Below are positions 50,731-60,244 of a stretch of DNA of 64,000 nucleotides, piece after piece (position 1 is the first letter of the stretch; each line of letters begins with the position of its first letter). Both the position numbers and the translations under genes were made by a program. Origin of the DNA: Nostoc sp. (GTDB taxonomy: Bacteria; Cyanobacteriota; Cyanobacteriia; Cyanobacteriales; Nostocaceae); contig NZ_JBALEJ010000001.1 in NCBI RefSeq assembly GCF_036917975.1, positions 2,560 to 66,559 of the forward strand, given 5' to 3'. The notes beneath the pieces are model-generated. The model had not been told where the DNA came from, did no database searches, and saw only the letters and a program-made list of their open reading frames with translations.

Positions 50731-51731
50731 ATACTACTCTACCACTACTCTGGTTTGGACTTGTTGCCTTGTTCCTCACCTTGTATCTAATCACAGATGG
50801 CTTTGATTTAGGCGTGGGGATTCTCACACTGACTGCTGCTAACGAAGAACGACGCGGGATAATTATCAATACCTTAAGCAGTGTTTGGGATGCCAATGAA
50901 ACTTGGTTGGTATGTACGGGAGGTTTGTTGTATGGTGCTTTTCCCCTCGCCTACGCTACTATTGTCAACGCCTTGTACATCCCTATTACTCTAATGGTGA
51001 TTGGGTTTATCTTCCGCGCTGTATCCTTTGAATTCCGTGAACATTCTATCAACAAAACCTATTGGAACTGGGGTTTTGGTGGTGGGAGTTTGCTAGTCGC
51101 TTTGTCTCAAGGATTAATCTTAGGTGGCGTGATTGCCGGTATTAAAGTTGATGAGGCCGGAAACTTTATTGGTGGTACTTGGGATTGGTGGAATTTACCA
51201 TCAATATTAGTGGCATTAACTGTAGTGCAAGGCTATGTCTTAATCGGTTCTACTTACCTAATTGCTAAGACAGAAGGTGAGTTAAAACGATATCACTACA
51301 TCACTGCCAAATTTAGCGCTATTACCACATTTATTGGTGCGTTGGCATTGACAATTGCGGCACCAATGTTCTACGAATCAATCCGTACCAAGATATTCCA
51401 TCAACCAGAGGTATTGATTTTTGAAGCGATTCCCTTTGTGGCAACGGGTGCAATGGCACTACTAATGAATAGTATCAATCGCCGTGAAGAAAAGATGCCT
51501 TTTGTTTGGACAATTGTGGTTTTCTTAATCACTATTCTGTCCTTGGCTTTTGTGGTGTTTCCTTACATCATTCCCTTCCAAGTCACAATTTATCAGGCTT
51601 CCTCTTCCCTTAGCGCCCAAACCTTCATGATTGCTTTTATCGGGTTTTTCGTCCCGATTATATTGTTCTACAATATCTATCTTTACCGGGTATTTCAAGG
51701 TAAAGTGGTCAGCCCCCATTACGGAGACTAG
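50718..51731 (+). CDS. cydB: Cytochrome bd quinol oxidase subunit II
   Basis: LWFGLVALFLTLYLITDGFDLGVGIL N-terminus; 13-nt overlap with cydA. Confidence 0.9.
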   Translation: MEAINTTLPLLWFGLVALFLTLYLITDGFDLGVGILTLTAANEERRGIIINTLSSVWDANETWLVCTGGLLYGAFPLAYATIVNALYIPITLMVIGFIFRAVSFEFREHSINKTYWNWGFGGGSLLVALSQGLILGGVIAGIKVDEAGNFIGGTWDWWNLPSILVALTVVQGYVLIGSTYLIAKTEGELKRYHYITAKFSAITTFIGALALTIAAPMFYESIRTKIFHQPEVLIFEAIPFVATGAMALLMNSINRREEKMPFVWTIVVFLITILSLAFVVFPYIIPFQVTIYQASSSLSAQTFMIAFIGFFVPIILFYNIYLYRVFQGKVVSPHYGD

Positions 51732-51852
51732 AGTTGTGGTTCATTTACCTGAAAATCGCTGTAAGTTTTTTCTTGATCGTAAAATCAAGGGTTTAACCCG
51801 GATTTCTCACCAGATTTATCAAACCGAAGTGCAGAGGTCGTAGGGGCAAAAA

Positions 51853-51883
51853 GATCCCCGACTTCTTGAAGAAGTCGGGGATC
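51853..51883. repeat. 31-bp perfect palindrome GATCCCCGACTTCTT-G-AAGAAGTCGGGGATC (likely terminator hairpin)
   Basis: Read directly, ~120 nt after the cydB stop codon. Same arms as the TIRs of the 35177 MITE. Confidence 0.85.
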
Positions 51884-52000
51884 TGAGCCTCTCGGTGTTT
51901 ACAAATCAAATAGGATTGCTATATTGTTGCTCTGTAAAGTCAACTCGATGGTGCGCTAGAAAAATCAATATTTGAGGAGTTTTTTGAAGTACTCAACCTT

Positions 52001-53308
52001 ATGGTCAAAGTTCAGATAGTTATAAAAAAAGTTTTATGGAAAAATGATTTCCTGTTTCCAGCCGCAATATGGTTTGCCAGTAGAATATTCATCTGGACTG
52101 CTATGTTGCTGATTGCGCCAAAACTACCATTACCAGCAGAAGACTTTTTGCCTCATTTTGGTTGGGGGATTTTTGATGCTTGGGATAGTATACATTATCG
52201 AGCGATCGCAACTTCTGGCTATGAATTTGCCAATGACGGCAAACAGCATAATCTGGCCTTCTTTCCTCTATTTCCCTTAAGCATCTGGGTTTTGATGAAA
52301 TTAGGCTTACCGTTTGAACTAGCAGGTATGTTAGTCAACAATTTGGCATTTTTTGCAGGGCTTTACTGTTTATACTTTTGGGTCAAGGAGCATTATGGCA
52401 TCAATGCAGCCCATTGGGTAACAGCTGTGGTTTCTTTGTATCCGTCGTCCATGTTTACGGGAGTGATTTACACAGAGGGGCTGTATTTGTTTTTGAGTAC
52501 GGCAACTTTGCGGGCGTTTGATCAGAAACAGTATGGCTGGACTGCCCTTTGGGGTGCGATGGCCACAGCAACACGTCCTACAGGTATGGCATTAATTCCA
52601 GCATTGGCGATCGCAGCCTGGAAAGAACGCCGATCACCCATTGCCTATATAGCTGCTTTGACTACCGCTATTGGCGTACTTTTATTCAGTTTGTATTGTG
52701 CGATTTATTTTGGCAACCCTTTAGCTTTTATTGAAGCACAAAAAGGATGGCGACCAACTCTGGGCTTTGATTGGCAGGGTTGGTTAAATATGTTCATGCA
52801 AATTGTAGTCGGCAGAGAAAATTGGCAGAATGGTTGGGTGCAAAACCCCTCTGGCGGAATTCCAGACCCCTGGTATCCCTTGTTGTTTGGCTTGAGTGTT
52901 GCCAGTGGCTATCTTTTATGGCGTTTCCCTCAACGTTTTAGTTCTGTAAAATTATTCTATGGCTTTTATGCTTTAGCCTTACTTTTGTTGATTCTAGCAA
53001 GCGAACAGTGGCTTAATAACTTGCTCAACTTGTTCATGGTCTTGGGTGGTGGCTATATATTGTGGCACTTACACACGCAACTAACGCCGGTTACGGTGAT
53101 TTATGGCTTTTGTGGTATTGGTTTGCTGTTGGCTTCTGGAGGCACCATCTCCTTGAGCCGTCTCGCTTATGGTATTGTGCCTTTGAACATAGCCATTGGT
53201 GTGCTGTTATCTCGCCATCCTCGTCAGGGATATTTAATATTGGGGGTTTTTATGACACTACTAGCCAAAATAGCTGTAGGATTTGCCCAAGAGCGTTGGG
53301 TTGGTTAG
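52001..53308 (+). CDS. Polytopic membrane protein, PIG-V-like mannosyltransferase (GT-C) family, paralog 1
   Basis: FDAWDSIHYRAIATSGYEF...LAFFPLFPL after TM1, about 10 or more hydrophobic segments. Family call is from memory. Confidence 0.7.
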   Translation: MVKVQIVIKKVLWKNDFLFPAAIWFASRIFIWTAMLLIAPKLPLPAEDFLPHFGWGIFDAWDSIHYRAIATSGYEFANDGKQHNLAFFPLFPLSIWVLMKLGLPFELAGMLVNNLAFFAGLYCLYFWVKEHYGINAAHWVTAVVSLYPSSMFTGVIYTEGLYLFLSTATLRAFDQKQYGWTALWGAMATATRPTGMALIPALAIAAWKERRSPIAYIAALTTAIGVLLFSLYCAIYFGNPLAFIEAQKGWRPTLGFDWQGWLNMFMQIVVGRENWQNGWVQNPSGGIPDPWYPLLFGLSVASGYLLWRFPQRFSSVKLFYGFYALALLLLILASEQWLNNLLNLFMVLGGGYILWHLHTQLTPVTVIYGFCGIGLLLASGGTISLSRLAYGIVPLNIAIGVLLSRHPRQGYLILGVFMTLLAKIAVGFAQERWVG

Positions 53309-53348
53309 AGGGTTGATCCATATAGTTGAGTTGCATTGAAATTTTCTA

Positions 53349-55364
53349 ATGAATTTATTTAATCAAACGAAGATCGCGATCGCTTCATTATTTCTAGGTG
53401 TAGGTGCCATATCTTTTGGCTCTATTTTTCTGAAAATGAGCGAAATGGAACTCAGCCCCAGTGCCACTGTATTTAATCGCTTTTGGCTTGCTAGTGTGGT
53501 TTTCTTACTCTGGCATGGATACAAGGCAATACGGCAGCGATTTTCCAGAGAAAAACCTGTAGAACAGCAACCCTACACCAGTCAGGATCTATTGCTATTG
53601 CTAGGTGCTGGTATTCTTTGGGCTGCCACTTTAGTTTTGTTGGCTTGGTCACTAACTCAAACTAGTGTGGCAATTTCTAGTGTGTTGCATAATCTCGCCC
53701 CCATATTTACTAGTTTAGGGGTATGGCTGTTATTTCGTAAGCGTTTTGAGCGCCAATTCTTGATTGGCATGGTCGTTGCCCTTGGGGGAGCGATCGCGAT
53801 TGAATTTGAGGAACTGCAAATAGCCACAGACGAAGTTCAAGGAGGCTTGGCTGCCATCGTTTCGGCAATTTTATTGAGTGCATACCTGCTAATCGTAGAA
53901 AAATTACGCACCAAATTTTCTCCGGTCACAATTCAGTTGTGGATCTGTGCGATCGCAGCTTTAGCTATTTTCCCCATACTTTTATTCACTCAAGATCAAC
54001 TTTTCCCTTCTACAGTCAACGGATGGCTTTGGGTCATTTTTCTAGCTGTGATCTGCCAAGTTTTAGGTCATGGGCTTTTGACCTATAGCCTTGCTAAGTT
54101 TTCCTCTGTGGTTGTCTCCTTGGTGCATATCTTAGAGCCAGTATTTAGCGGCATTTTCGCTCTGGTAATATTTTCGGAAACATTAACTTTATCAAATTGG
54201 GTAGGTTTTGCTGTAGTTTTAATCGGTTTATATTTAGCCGTATCTAGCCAAGCTGCTGTTAATTTGCCGTTTCAAGAATCAGTCACAAATATAGTTAACA
54301 CTTTCATTAAAAGTATGACGAGCAAACTGTCATTAGTAAAGCAACAATTCTCCGAAACACCAGCTTTATTAGGGACTGTCTCATTATTGTTTGCCCTAAT
54401 TCCTATATCTTTAGCACCATCTCTAACCAAATTGTGTCAACAAGAAATTGGTGCAAATGCTGTAGTATTTCATCGCAGTTGGATTGCTACAGTTGTTTTT
54501 GGGCTGTGGAATGGATTTGAGGCTTACCGTTACCAACAGTCTATTGAAGGAGGTAGAAGGGAAGATAGCGCAGCGTTAGCGAGTCCGCGAGCGTCGGTAG
54601 GGGGCAGTATTTCTCCTACCTTTATTGATCGCCAATCTATAGAACAGAAGCCTTTTACGAAACAAGAAGTGTGGCTATTGTTGGCAATGGGAACCTCTGC
54701 TGGAACCTACCTTCTCTTGTGGGCTTGGGCGCTGAGTCAAACTAGTGTTGCCAATGTGGCTTTACTGTCTAATTTGAACTCCTTATTTGTTGCTTTAGCT
54801 GGGTATTTTTTATTTGGTCGGCGTTTCGATCGCAGATTTGTGATTGGTTTGGTCATCGCCTTGGGGGGAGCGATCGCATTTGAACTCAATAAGGTACAAT
54901 TTGCAACCGATCAAATATTGGGTGATGCCTTAGCATTGCTTACTGCGGTTTTCATGGCCACGTGTATGCTACTCATAGAACGACTACGAACCCGATTTAG
55001 CACTGCAACTATCATGCTGTGGCGCTGTGGAGTGACAACAATGTTTCTACTACCTGTCCTCCCATTCCTCGAAAATAGACTATTTCCCTATTCCTGGACG
55101 GGTTGGTTTTTCATCATATTCCAAGCTCTCTTCTGTCAAGTCTTGGGTCAGGGACTTTTAGCTTATAGCCTCAGCAGAATCTCTTCAGGAGTTGTCGCCG
55201 TCACGCTTCTTCTAGAACCAGTTCTAGCTTCCATTTTTGCTTGGTTTATTTTTTCAGAACAAGTCGGTTTATTTGACTGGGCAATTTTTGCCGTAGTTCT
55301 AGTAGGTATCTATCTCGCCCAATCTAGTCAATCCACTGTTCAAGTAACAAACGAAAGCTTGTAG
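53349..55364 (+). CDS. Fused tandem EamA/DMT-superfamily transporter (two complete ~10-TM units)
   Basis: The halves are homologous, e.g. FLIGMVVALGGAIAIEFEE...VLIGLYLAVSSQ versus FVIGLVIALGGAIAFELNK...VLVGIYLAQSSQ; single uninterrupted ORF. Confidence 0.85.
   Translation: MNLFNQTKIAIASLFLGVGAISFGSIFLKMSEMELSPSATVFNRFWLASVVFLLWHGYKAIRQRFSREKPVEQQPYTSQDLLLLLGAGILWAATLVLLAWSLTQTSVAISSVLHNLAPIFTSLGVWLLFRKRFERQFLIGMVVALGGAIAIEFEELQIATDEVQGGLAAIVSAILLSAYLLIVEKLRTKFSPVTIQLWICAIAALAIFPILLFTQDQLFPSTVNGWLWVIFLAVICQVLGHGLLTYSLAKFSSVVVSLVHILEPVFSGIFALVIFSETLTLSNWVGFAVVLIGLYLAVSSQAAVNLPFQESVTNIVNTFIKSMTSKLSLVKQQFSETPALLGTVSLLFALIPISLAPSLTKLCQQEIGANAVVFHRSWIATVVFGLWNGFEAYRYQQSIEGGRREDSAALASPRASVGGSISPTFIDRQSIEQKPFTKQEVWLLLAMGTSAGTYLLLWAWALSQTSVANVALLSNLNSLFVALAGYFLFGRRFDRRFVIGLVIALGGAIAFELNKVQFATDQILGDALALLTAVFMATCMLLIERLRTRFSTATIMLWRCGVTTMFLLPVLPFLENRLFPYSWTGWFFIIFQALFCQVLGQGLLAYSLSRISSGVVAVTLLLEPVLASIFAWFIFSEQVGLFDWAIFAVVLVGIYLAQSSQSTVQVTNESL
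54565..54595. repeat. Dispersed-repeat core inserted in-frame within the transporter CDS
   Basis: atagcgcagcgttagcgagtccgcgagcgtc translates as (D)SAALASPRAS. The same core lies in noncoding DNA at 43240 and 48692. Confidence 0.85.
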
Positions 55365-55508
55365 CATCATGACAGTTAGCTACAAGAATAAGCTGGCATT
55401 ATATTAGCAATCAAGCTTTTTGTAATGCCTGTTAATTTTTTGTGCCTTTTTGTTATAAAATAGTGTTCCTAGAATATCAATTAAAGGTTAATTTATCTAT
55501 CTGTAAAG

Positions 55509-56774
55509 ATGAATATCAGGAAAAAAATTTTGGCTAATGGTTTATTTTTTGTCATAGCAATGTGGCTGTCTAGTAGACTTCTAATAGCTATCACAATGTT
55601 ACTAATTGCCCCATTGTTCTCAACTCCATCAAATGGTGTTTCTGCCACCTTTAGCTGGGATGTTTTTTATGCTTGGGATAGTGTTTGGTATGAGAGAATT
55701 ATGACTTCTGGTTATGATTTCTCTAGTAACTTCAATGAAATGCATACAGTTGCATTTTTCCCTTTATTTCCATTGTTAAGCCGTATTGTTATGTACGTTG
55801 GTTTTACTCCCAAAGTGGCAGGTATATTAGTTAATAATTCGGCTTTTTTTGCTGTCTCACTCATACTTTTTTATTGGGTACAGGAGCTTTACGGCACAAG
55901 CACAGCACGATGGGCAACAGCTACTTTACTATGGTGTCCCTATTCCCTTTATGGAACCGTAATTTACACTGAAGGTCTATTTTTGTTGTGTACCACATCT
56001 GCCTTAAGAGCTTTTGATAAAAAGCAATATATTTGGGCAGGATTCTGGGGAGCATTATCTACAGCAACGCGACTACCTGGAGTTGCACTCATCCCAGCTT
56101 TTATGTTTGTTTCTTGGAAAGAACGTAGAGGCATAAAAGCCTATATTGCCAGTTTAACTGTTGGCTTGGGTATATCTCTGTACAGTCTTTATTGTCAAAT
56201 TCAATTTGGCGATGCTTTGGCTTTCATCCATGTACAAAAAGCGTGGCGTGGTGATGCAACAGGGTTTGCTTGGGAAGGTTGGTGGATGATGCTGATGCAA
56301 ATTACGGTAGGTTTTACTAATTGGAAATCTGGCTATATTAAAGACCCTTTACATCCGTTATTATTTTTAATAATTATTATTAGTGGCTCTTTATTATGGC
56401 GTTTTCGTTTACATCTAGGGATGATGAAATTCCGCTATGGATTATATTTTTTATGGCTATTATTGTGGATATTGACAGGAGATGAAATAGTTAAAATTGC
56501 CCTAGTTTTTGGTGGAATCTATTTACTATGGTTCTCACGAGCTAAAATTCCCCTTGTTACTGTTGTCTATGGGTTTTCTTCCTTCGCTTTAATTTTAAAC
56601 ACTGGAATTACACCCTCGGCTGAACGCTACGCTTACGGGATTATATCGCTGTCAATGGCATTCGGTTTATTACTTACCCGTTATCCTCGTTGGGGATACC
56701 CAATTATGTACTTTTTTGCAATACTAATGTTCACATTTTCTATTCGATTTGCCCGCGATCTTTGGGTAGCTTAA
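55509..56774 (+). CDS. Polytopic membrane protein, PIG-V-like mannosyltransferase (GT-C) family, paralog 2
   Basis: FYAWDSVWYERIMTSGYDF...VAFFPLFPL. Colinear similarity to the 52001 ORF along its whole length. Confidence 0.7.
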   Translation: MNIRKKILANGLFFVIAMWLSSRLLIAITMLLIAPLFSTPSNGVSATFSWDVFYAWDSVWYERIMTSGYDFSSNFNEMHTVAFFPLFPLLSRIVMYVGFTPKVAGILVNNSAFFAVSLILFYWVQELYGTSTARWATATLLWCPYSLYGTVIYTEGLFLLCTTSALRAFDKKQYIWAGFWGALSTATRLPGVALIPAFMFVSWKERRGIKAYIASLTVGLGISLYSLYCQIQFGDALAFIHVQKAWRGDATGFAWEGWWMMLMQITVGFTNWKSGYIKDPLHPLLFLIIIISGSLLWRFRLHLGMMKFRYGLYFLWLLLWILTGDEIVKIALVFGGIYLLWFSRAKIPLVTVVYGFSSFALILNTGITPSAERYAYGIISLSMAFGLLLTRYPRWGYPIMYFFAILMFTFSIRFARDLWVA

Positions 56775-56810
56775 GTTGATATCATTCATTGATATTTTAT
56801 CCATAAATAA

Positions 56811-56840
56811 GATCCCCGACTTCTTTGAGAAGTCAGGGAT
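56811..56840. repeat. Imperfect GATCCCCGACTTCTT palindrome between convergent genes (likely bidirectional terminator)
   Basis: gatccccgacttctttgagaagtcagggat, 37 nt after the 55509 ORF stop and 19 nt from the stop of the minus-strand GT39 gene. Confidence 0.8.
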
Positions 56841-56858
56841 ATGTGGCTTTTACTATGA

Positions 56859-58427
56859 TTAATTTTTGGTAATCAGTGTAAATCCGTTAATGGCTCCTAT
56901 CACTTTACTACCAGTTAAATTGATTTGCTGTAAAACCATATTATCTAACAGCAAATAAGATTTATTAGATAACATTTTTTGTAAAATTTGCACAGTTGCA
57001 GCAGTTACCTTGCAATCGCTGTAAAAATCCAAGCTAGGACGCCCATAAGCAAAAGAAGTATAAATTTGTGTTCCTGGTGAAACATTTGCCCGAATTAAGT
57101 CTGCAACTGGCTTAACTGGAAAAGCTTCCTTTAATTCCCAAATCCATGATTGCGAACTCATCAATAGTGCTAAAACTAAATACATCCCTATAAATAGCAC
57201 TGGAATAAAGTTGCGATCGCGCTTTTTAATTAGCCATGCTGCCATACCCATACTTATTGTCAAAATAATGCTCATGACTATCAAAATAGGCTGTTTTTTC
57301 AGATAAAAGTAAACACAACCTCCTAAACCAGCAACAGCAATAATAGTCATAAATATAGTCCAAGTTCTTACCCGAAAATTACCGTGTTGCCAAATTTCGC
57401 TAAATCTAGCACCAATTGCCAAAGCTAAAAATGGATATACAGGCATGACATACCAGGGCAGTTTAGTTCTCATCAAAGAAATAGTTCCTAAGTAAATAAT
57501 TGTACCTAATAAAACTAGAGAACCCCAAGTATGATGACGTTCTTTCCAAGCTAGATAAAGCCCTCCAGGTAAAAATAATAGCCAGGGAAAACCATATTTA
57601 AGTAATTCTAATAAATAGTACCAAACAGGCCCGCTATTACCTTCAACGGTTTGTACCAGGCGGTCAAAAGCTTGTGCTTGAAAATGCACTTCTAAGAAAG
57701 TATTACCATAATGTTGCCACTGAGCAATATACCAAGCGATCGCCGGGGCATTTCCTAACAAAATTCCCACCCATAAATAGGGACTTTTTAACAAAGCTAA
57801 TTGTCGATCGGCAAGCAAAAATAAACAGGCGATCGCCCCCAACAGCAAAACTATCATTCCCTTAGTCAGAATAATTAGCCCCAGACAAAATCCCACGCCT
57901 AGAGCATATTTTCGGTTCTGACGTGCCTTCAAAAGACAAAACAGCAACAGCAAGAAAAAAGAAATAGTCATCCCATCTAACATTGCTAGTCGCCCATGAC
58001 GCACCACAGGCAACATTGTCAAGTAAACTAAAGCAGCAAATAGAGCCGGTAAACTTTGCTTAAAAGCCAAACGCCCCACCAAATAAAGCAAAGGCACTCC
58101 CAAGGCAGTTAAAACCGCACCAGGTAAGCGTGTGGTAAATTCTTGTACTCCTCCTAAGTGGTAGCAGCAAGCAATTAACCATTGCATCAAAGGCGGTTTT
58201 AATAAAAATGGTTCTCCCTGAATAGTGGGATAAAGCCAGTTACCAGTGCGATAAATTTCTCTGGACACTAAAGCGTAAGTACCTTCATCCCAATCTCGCA
58301 AAGGGGAGTTTCCTAAAAATATCAGCCAGAGGACTAGAGATATTACCAGTAAGCTAAATAACCATTCTTTTTCTGGGAATACGATCGTTCTTTTTGTGAA
58401 TAGCTTTACAATATTTATGCTATACAT
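56859..58427 (-). CDS. ArnT/PMT-like glycosyltransferase (GT39/GT83, GT-C fold)
   Basis: SPLRDWDEGTYALVSREI...FLLKPPLMQW after TM1; more than 10 hydrophobic segments; soluble C-terminal domain. Confidence 0.8.
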   Translation of the reverse strand: MYSINIVKLFTKRTIVFPEKEWLFSLLVISLVLWLIFLGNSPLRDWDEGTYALVSREIYRTGNWLYPTIQGEPFLLKPPLMQWLIACCYHLGGVQEFTTRLPGAVLTALGVPLLYLVGRLAFKQSLPALFAALVYLTMLPVVRHGRLAMLDGMTISFFLLLLFCLLKARQNRKYALGVGFCLGLIILTKGMIVLLLGAIACLFLLADRQLALLKSPYLWVGILLGNAPAIAWYIAQWQHYGNTFLEVHFQAQAFDRLVQTVEGNSGPVWYYLLELLKYGFPWLLFLPGGLYLAWKERHHTWGSLVLLGTIIYLGTISLMRTKLPWYVMPVYPFLALAIGARFSEIWQHGNFRVRTWTIFMTIIAVAGLGGCVYFYLKKQPILIVMSIILTISMGMAAWLIKKRDRNFIPVLFIGMYLVLALLMSSQSWIWELKEAFPVKPVADLIRANVSPGTQIYTSFAYGRPSLDFYSDCKVTAATVQILQKMLSNKSYLLLDNMVLQQINLTGSKVIGAINGFTLITKN

Positions 58428-58504
58428 TTAGGTCTGATAATCGTAGTGAATAATATTGCTAATTATGCATCTAAAATACTCACAGTGAAAACTTTTTTGC
58501 TGGT

Positions 58505-59896
58505 ATGAGGAAAAAATTGAATCAGCTTGGTTATCTTGGTTGGATAATTGGCGTGAGTGCCTTAATTTTGTTTGGATGCAGCAGCTTACGACATGAGTTA
58601 TTTCAATCAAACGGTTTTGACTTAGGCATTTTTGACCAAGCGGTTTATTTAATTAGTCAAGGGGAACCGCCTATTAGTTCTTTCATCGGTTTTCATATTC
58701 TCGGCGATCATGCTACTTGGATATTTTATCCCTTGGCTTTACTGTATAAAATCTACCCCAGTGTTTACTGGCTATTTGCTGTGCAGGCAGTTGCCTTGGC
58801 ATTAGGTGCTTTACCAACTTGGCATCTAGCGCGTCAAGCTGGACTGAAGGAAAACCAAGCAATAGCGATCGTATTTGTATATCTCTTGCAGCCATTGGTA
58901 TTTAACGCCAATTTATTTGATTTCCACCCGGAAGTGATAGCTGTACCACTACTATTGGTGGCGGTTTTAGCAGCACGGTTAGGTCAGTTGGGATGGTTTT
59001 GTTTAAGTATTTTTGTGGTCTTGGGATGTAAGGAAATATTGTCTCTCACTGTTGCTGGAATGGGAGTTTGGTTACTGTTGTTTGAAAAACGGCGTTTATA
59101 TGGTGCGATCGCTCTTGGTGCTGGTGTCGCCTGGTTTTTGATTGCTACTCAGGTAATTATTCCTTTTTTCAACAGTGCAGAAGCAACAGCATTGGTACGT
59201 TACAGCTATTTAGGTAATTCAGTTTTAGGCATTGCTAAAAATATCGTTTTTCAGCCAGGACTAATTTTGGGAAAGGTTTTTTTATGGGATAACCTGGAAT
59301 ATTTAGTTCTGATGCTAGCACCTGTGATTTGGTGGCTTTCCCCACCAGGAATAAAACCTTTGGTAGGAGCTATTCCTTGTTTGGCACTTAACATTCTAGC
59401 TGATTACCCACCTCAAAAAAACTTGATTTTTCAGTACTCTCTTCCAGCGCTACCATTTCTGTTGTTGGCTGTAATTTCTAGTCTCGCCGCAGGTAGGGGA
59501 TTGCTACAAAATAAACGAGCAATTATTCTGTGGTCATTAGTGGTGTTTTTAAGTCTGGCAAAATTTACCTTTTTTGGAGGTAAATACCTAAAATCTATAG
59601 ATACTTGGCAAGCTACAAAACAAGCGATCGCTCAGATTCAAACTCAAGGAAGTGTTTACACCACAGCACAAATTTCCCCGCATTTAAGCCACCGAAAATT
59701 GATTACATTTACAAATAACGATTCCCCACCTGCTGATTTAAATACTTATAATTATGTATTACTGAATGTCCGTCATCCCAGCTGGTCAAATACTCAGGAG
59801 TTTGCTGCTAGCTTGGTAAATCAACTGAAAAATAATCAAGAATTCCAGTTGAAATATCAGCGTGATGAGGTGTATTTATTTGTCAAAGTCGCTTGA
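58505..59896 (+). CDS. DUF2079-family polytopic membrane protein (GT-C-like)
   Basis: GFDLGIFDQAVYLISQGEPPISSF...GDHATW is typical of DUF2079. Divergent from the GT39 gene with a 77-bp gap. Confidence 0.8.
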   Translation: MRKKLNQLGYLGWIIGVSALILFGCSSLRHELFQSNGFDLGIFDQAVYLISQGEPPISSFIGFHILGDHATWIFYPLALLYKIYPSVYWLFAVQAVALALGALPTWHLARQAGLKENQAIAIVFVYLLQPLVFNANLFDFHPEVIAVPLLLVAVLAARLGQLGWFCLSIFVVLGCKEILSLTVAGMGVWLLLFEKRRLYGAIALGAGVAWFLIATQVIIPFFNSAEATALVRYSYLGNSVLGIAKNIVFQPGLILGKVFLWDNLEYLVLMLAPVIWWLSPPGIKPLVGAIPCLALNILADYPPQKNLIFQYSLPALPFLLLAVISSLAAGRGLLQNKRAIILWSLVVFLSLAKFTFFGGKYLKSIDTWQATKQAIAQIQTQGSVYTTAQISPHLSHRKLITFTNNDSPPADLNTYNYVLLNVRHPSWSNTQEFAASLVNQLKNNQEFQLKYQRDEVYLFVKVA

Positions 59897-59933
59897 GCAG
59901 CAGTTTTTGGATAACTTTTTATCGAATTTCTTT

Positions 59934-59983
59934 CCCTACTCCCTACTCCCTACTCCCTACTCCCTACTCCCGCCCCGAAAGGG
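59934..59983. repeat. STRR array (CCCTACT) x5 plus CCCGCCCCGAAAGG end
   Basis: Inverted version of the 11266 and 20622 repeat ends. Confidence 0.9.
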
Positions 59984-60244
59984 TAGTAAAGCCTTCTCTT
60001 TCAGAGACGCTAACGCGAACGGTATAACTTTGCTTAGAGCGAGTCTGTGATACCGATTATTCGGGCGTCGCATCTTTATTCTGACTCCTGAATTCTGAAT
60101 TCTGAATTCTTCTTCCCAGTTCAGCCAGGAGACAAGATGCGATACTCCCGTTGAAAAAGATATCCCATCTTGACGAAAGGTAATTCTTTAGCGCGTTGTT
60201 ATACGCAATACTAAGATATTCTTGCTTTCTTCGCCAAGATTGTC

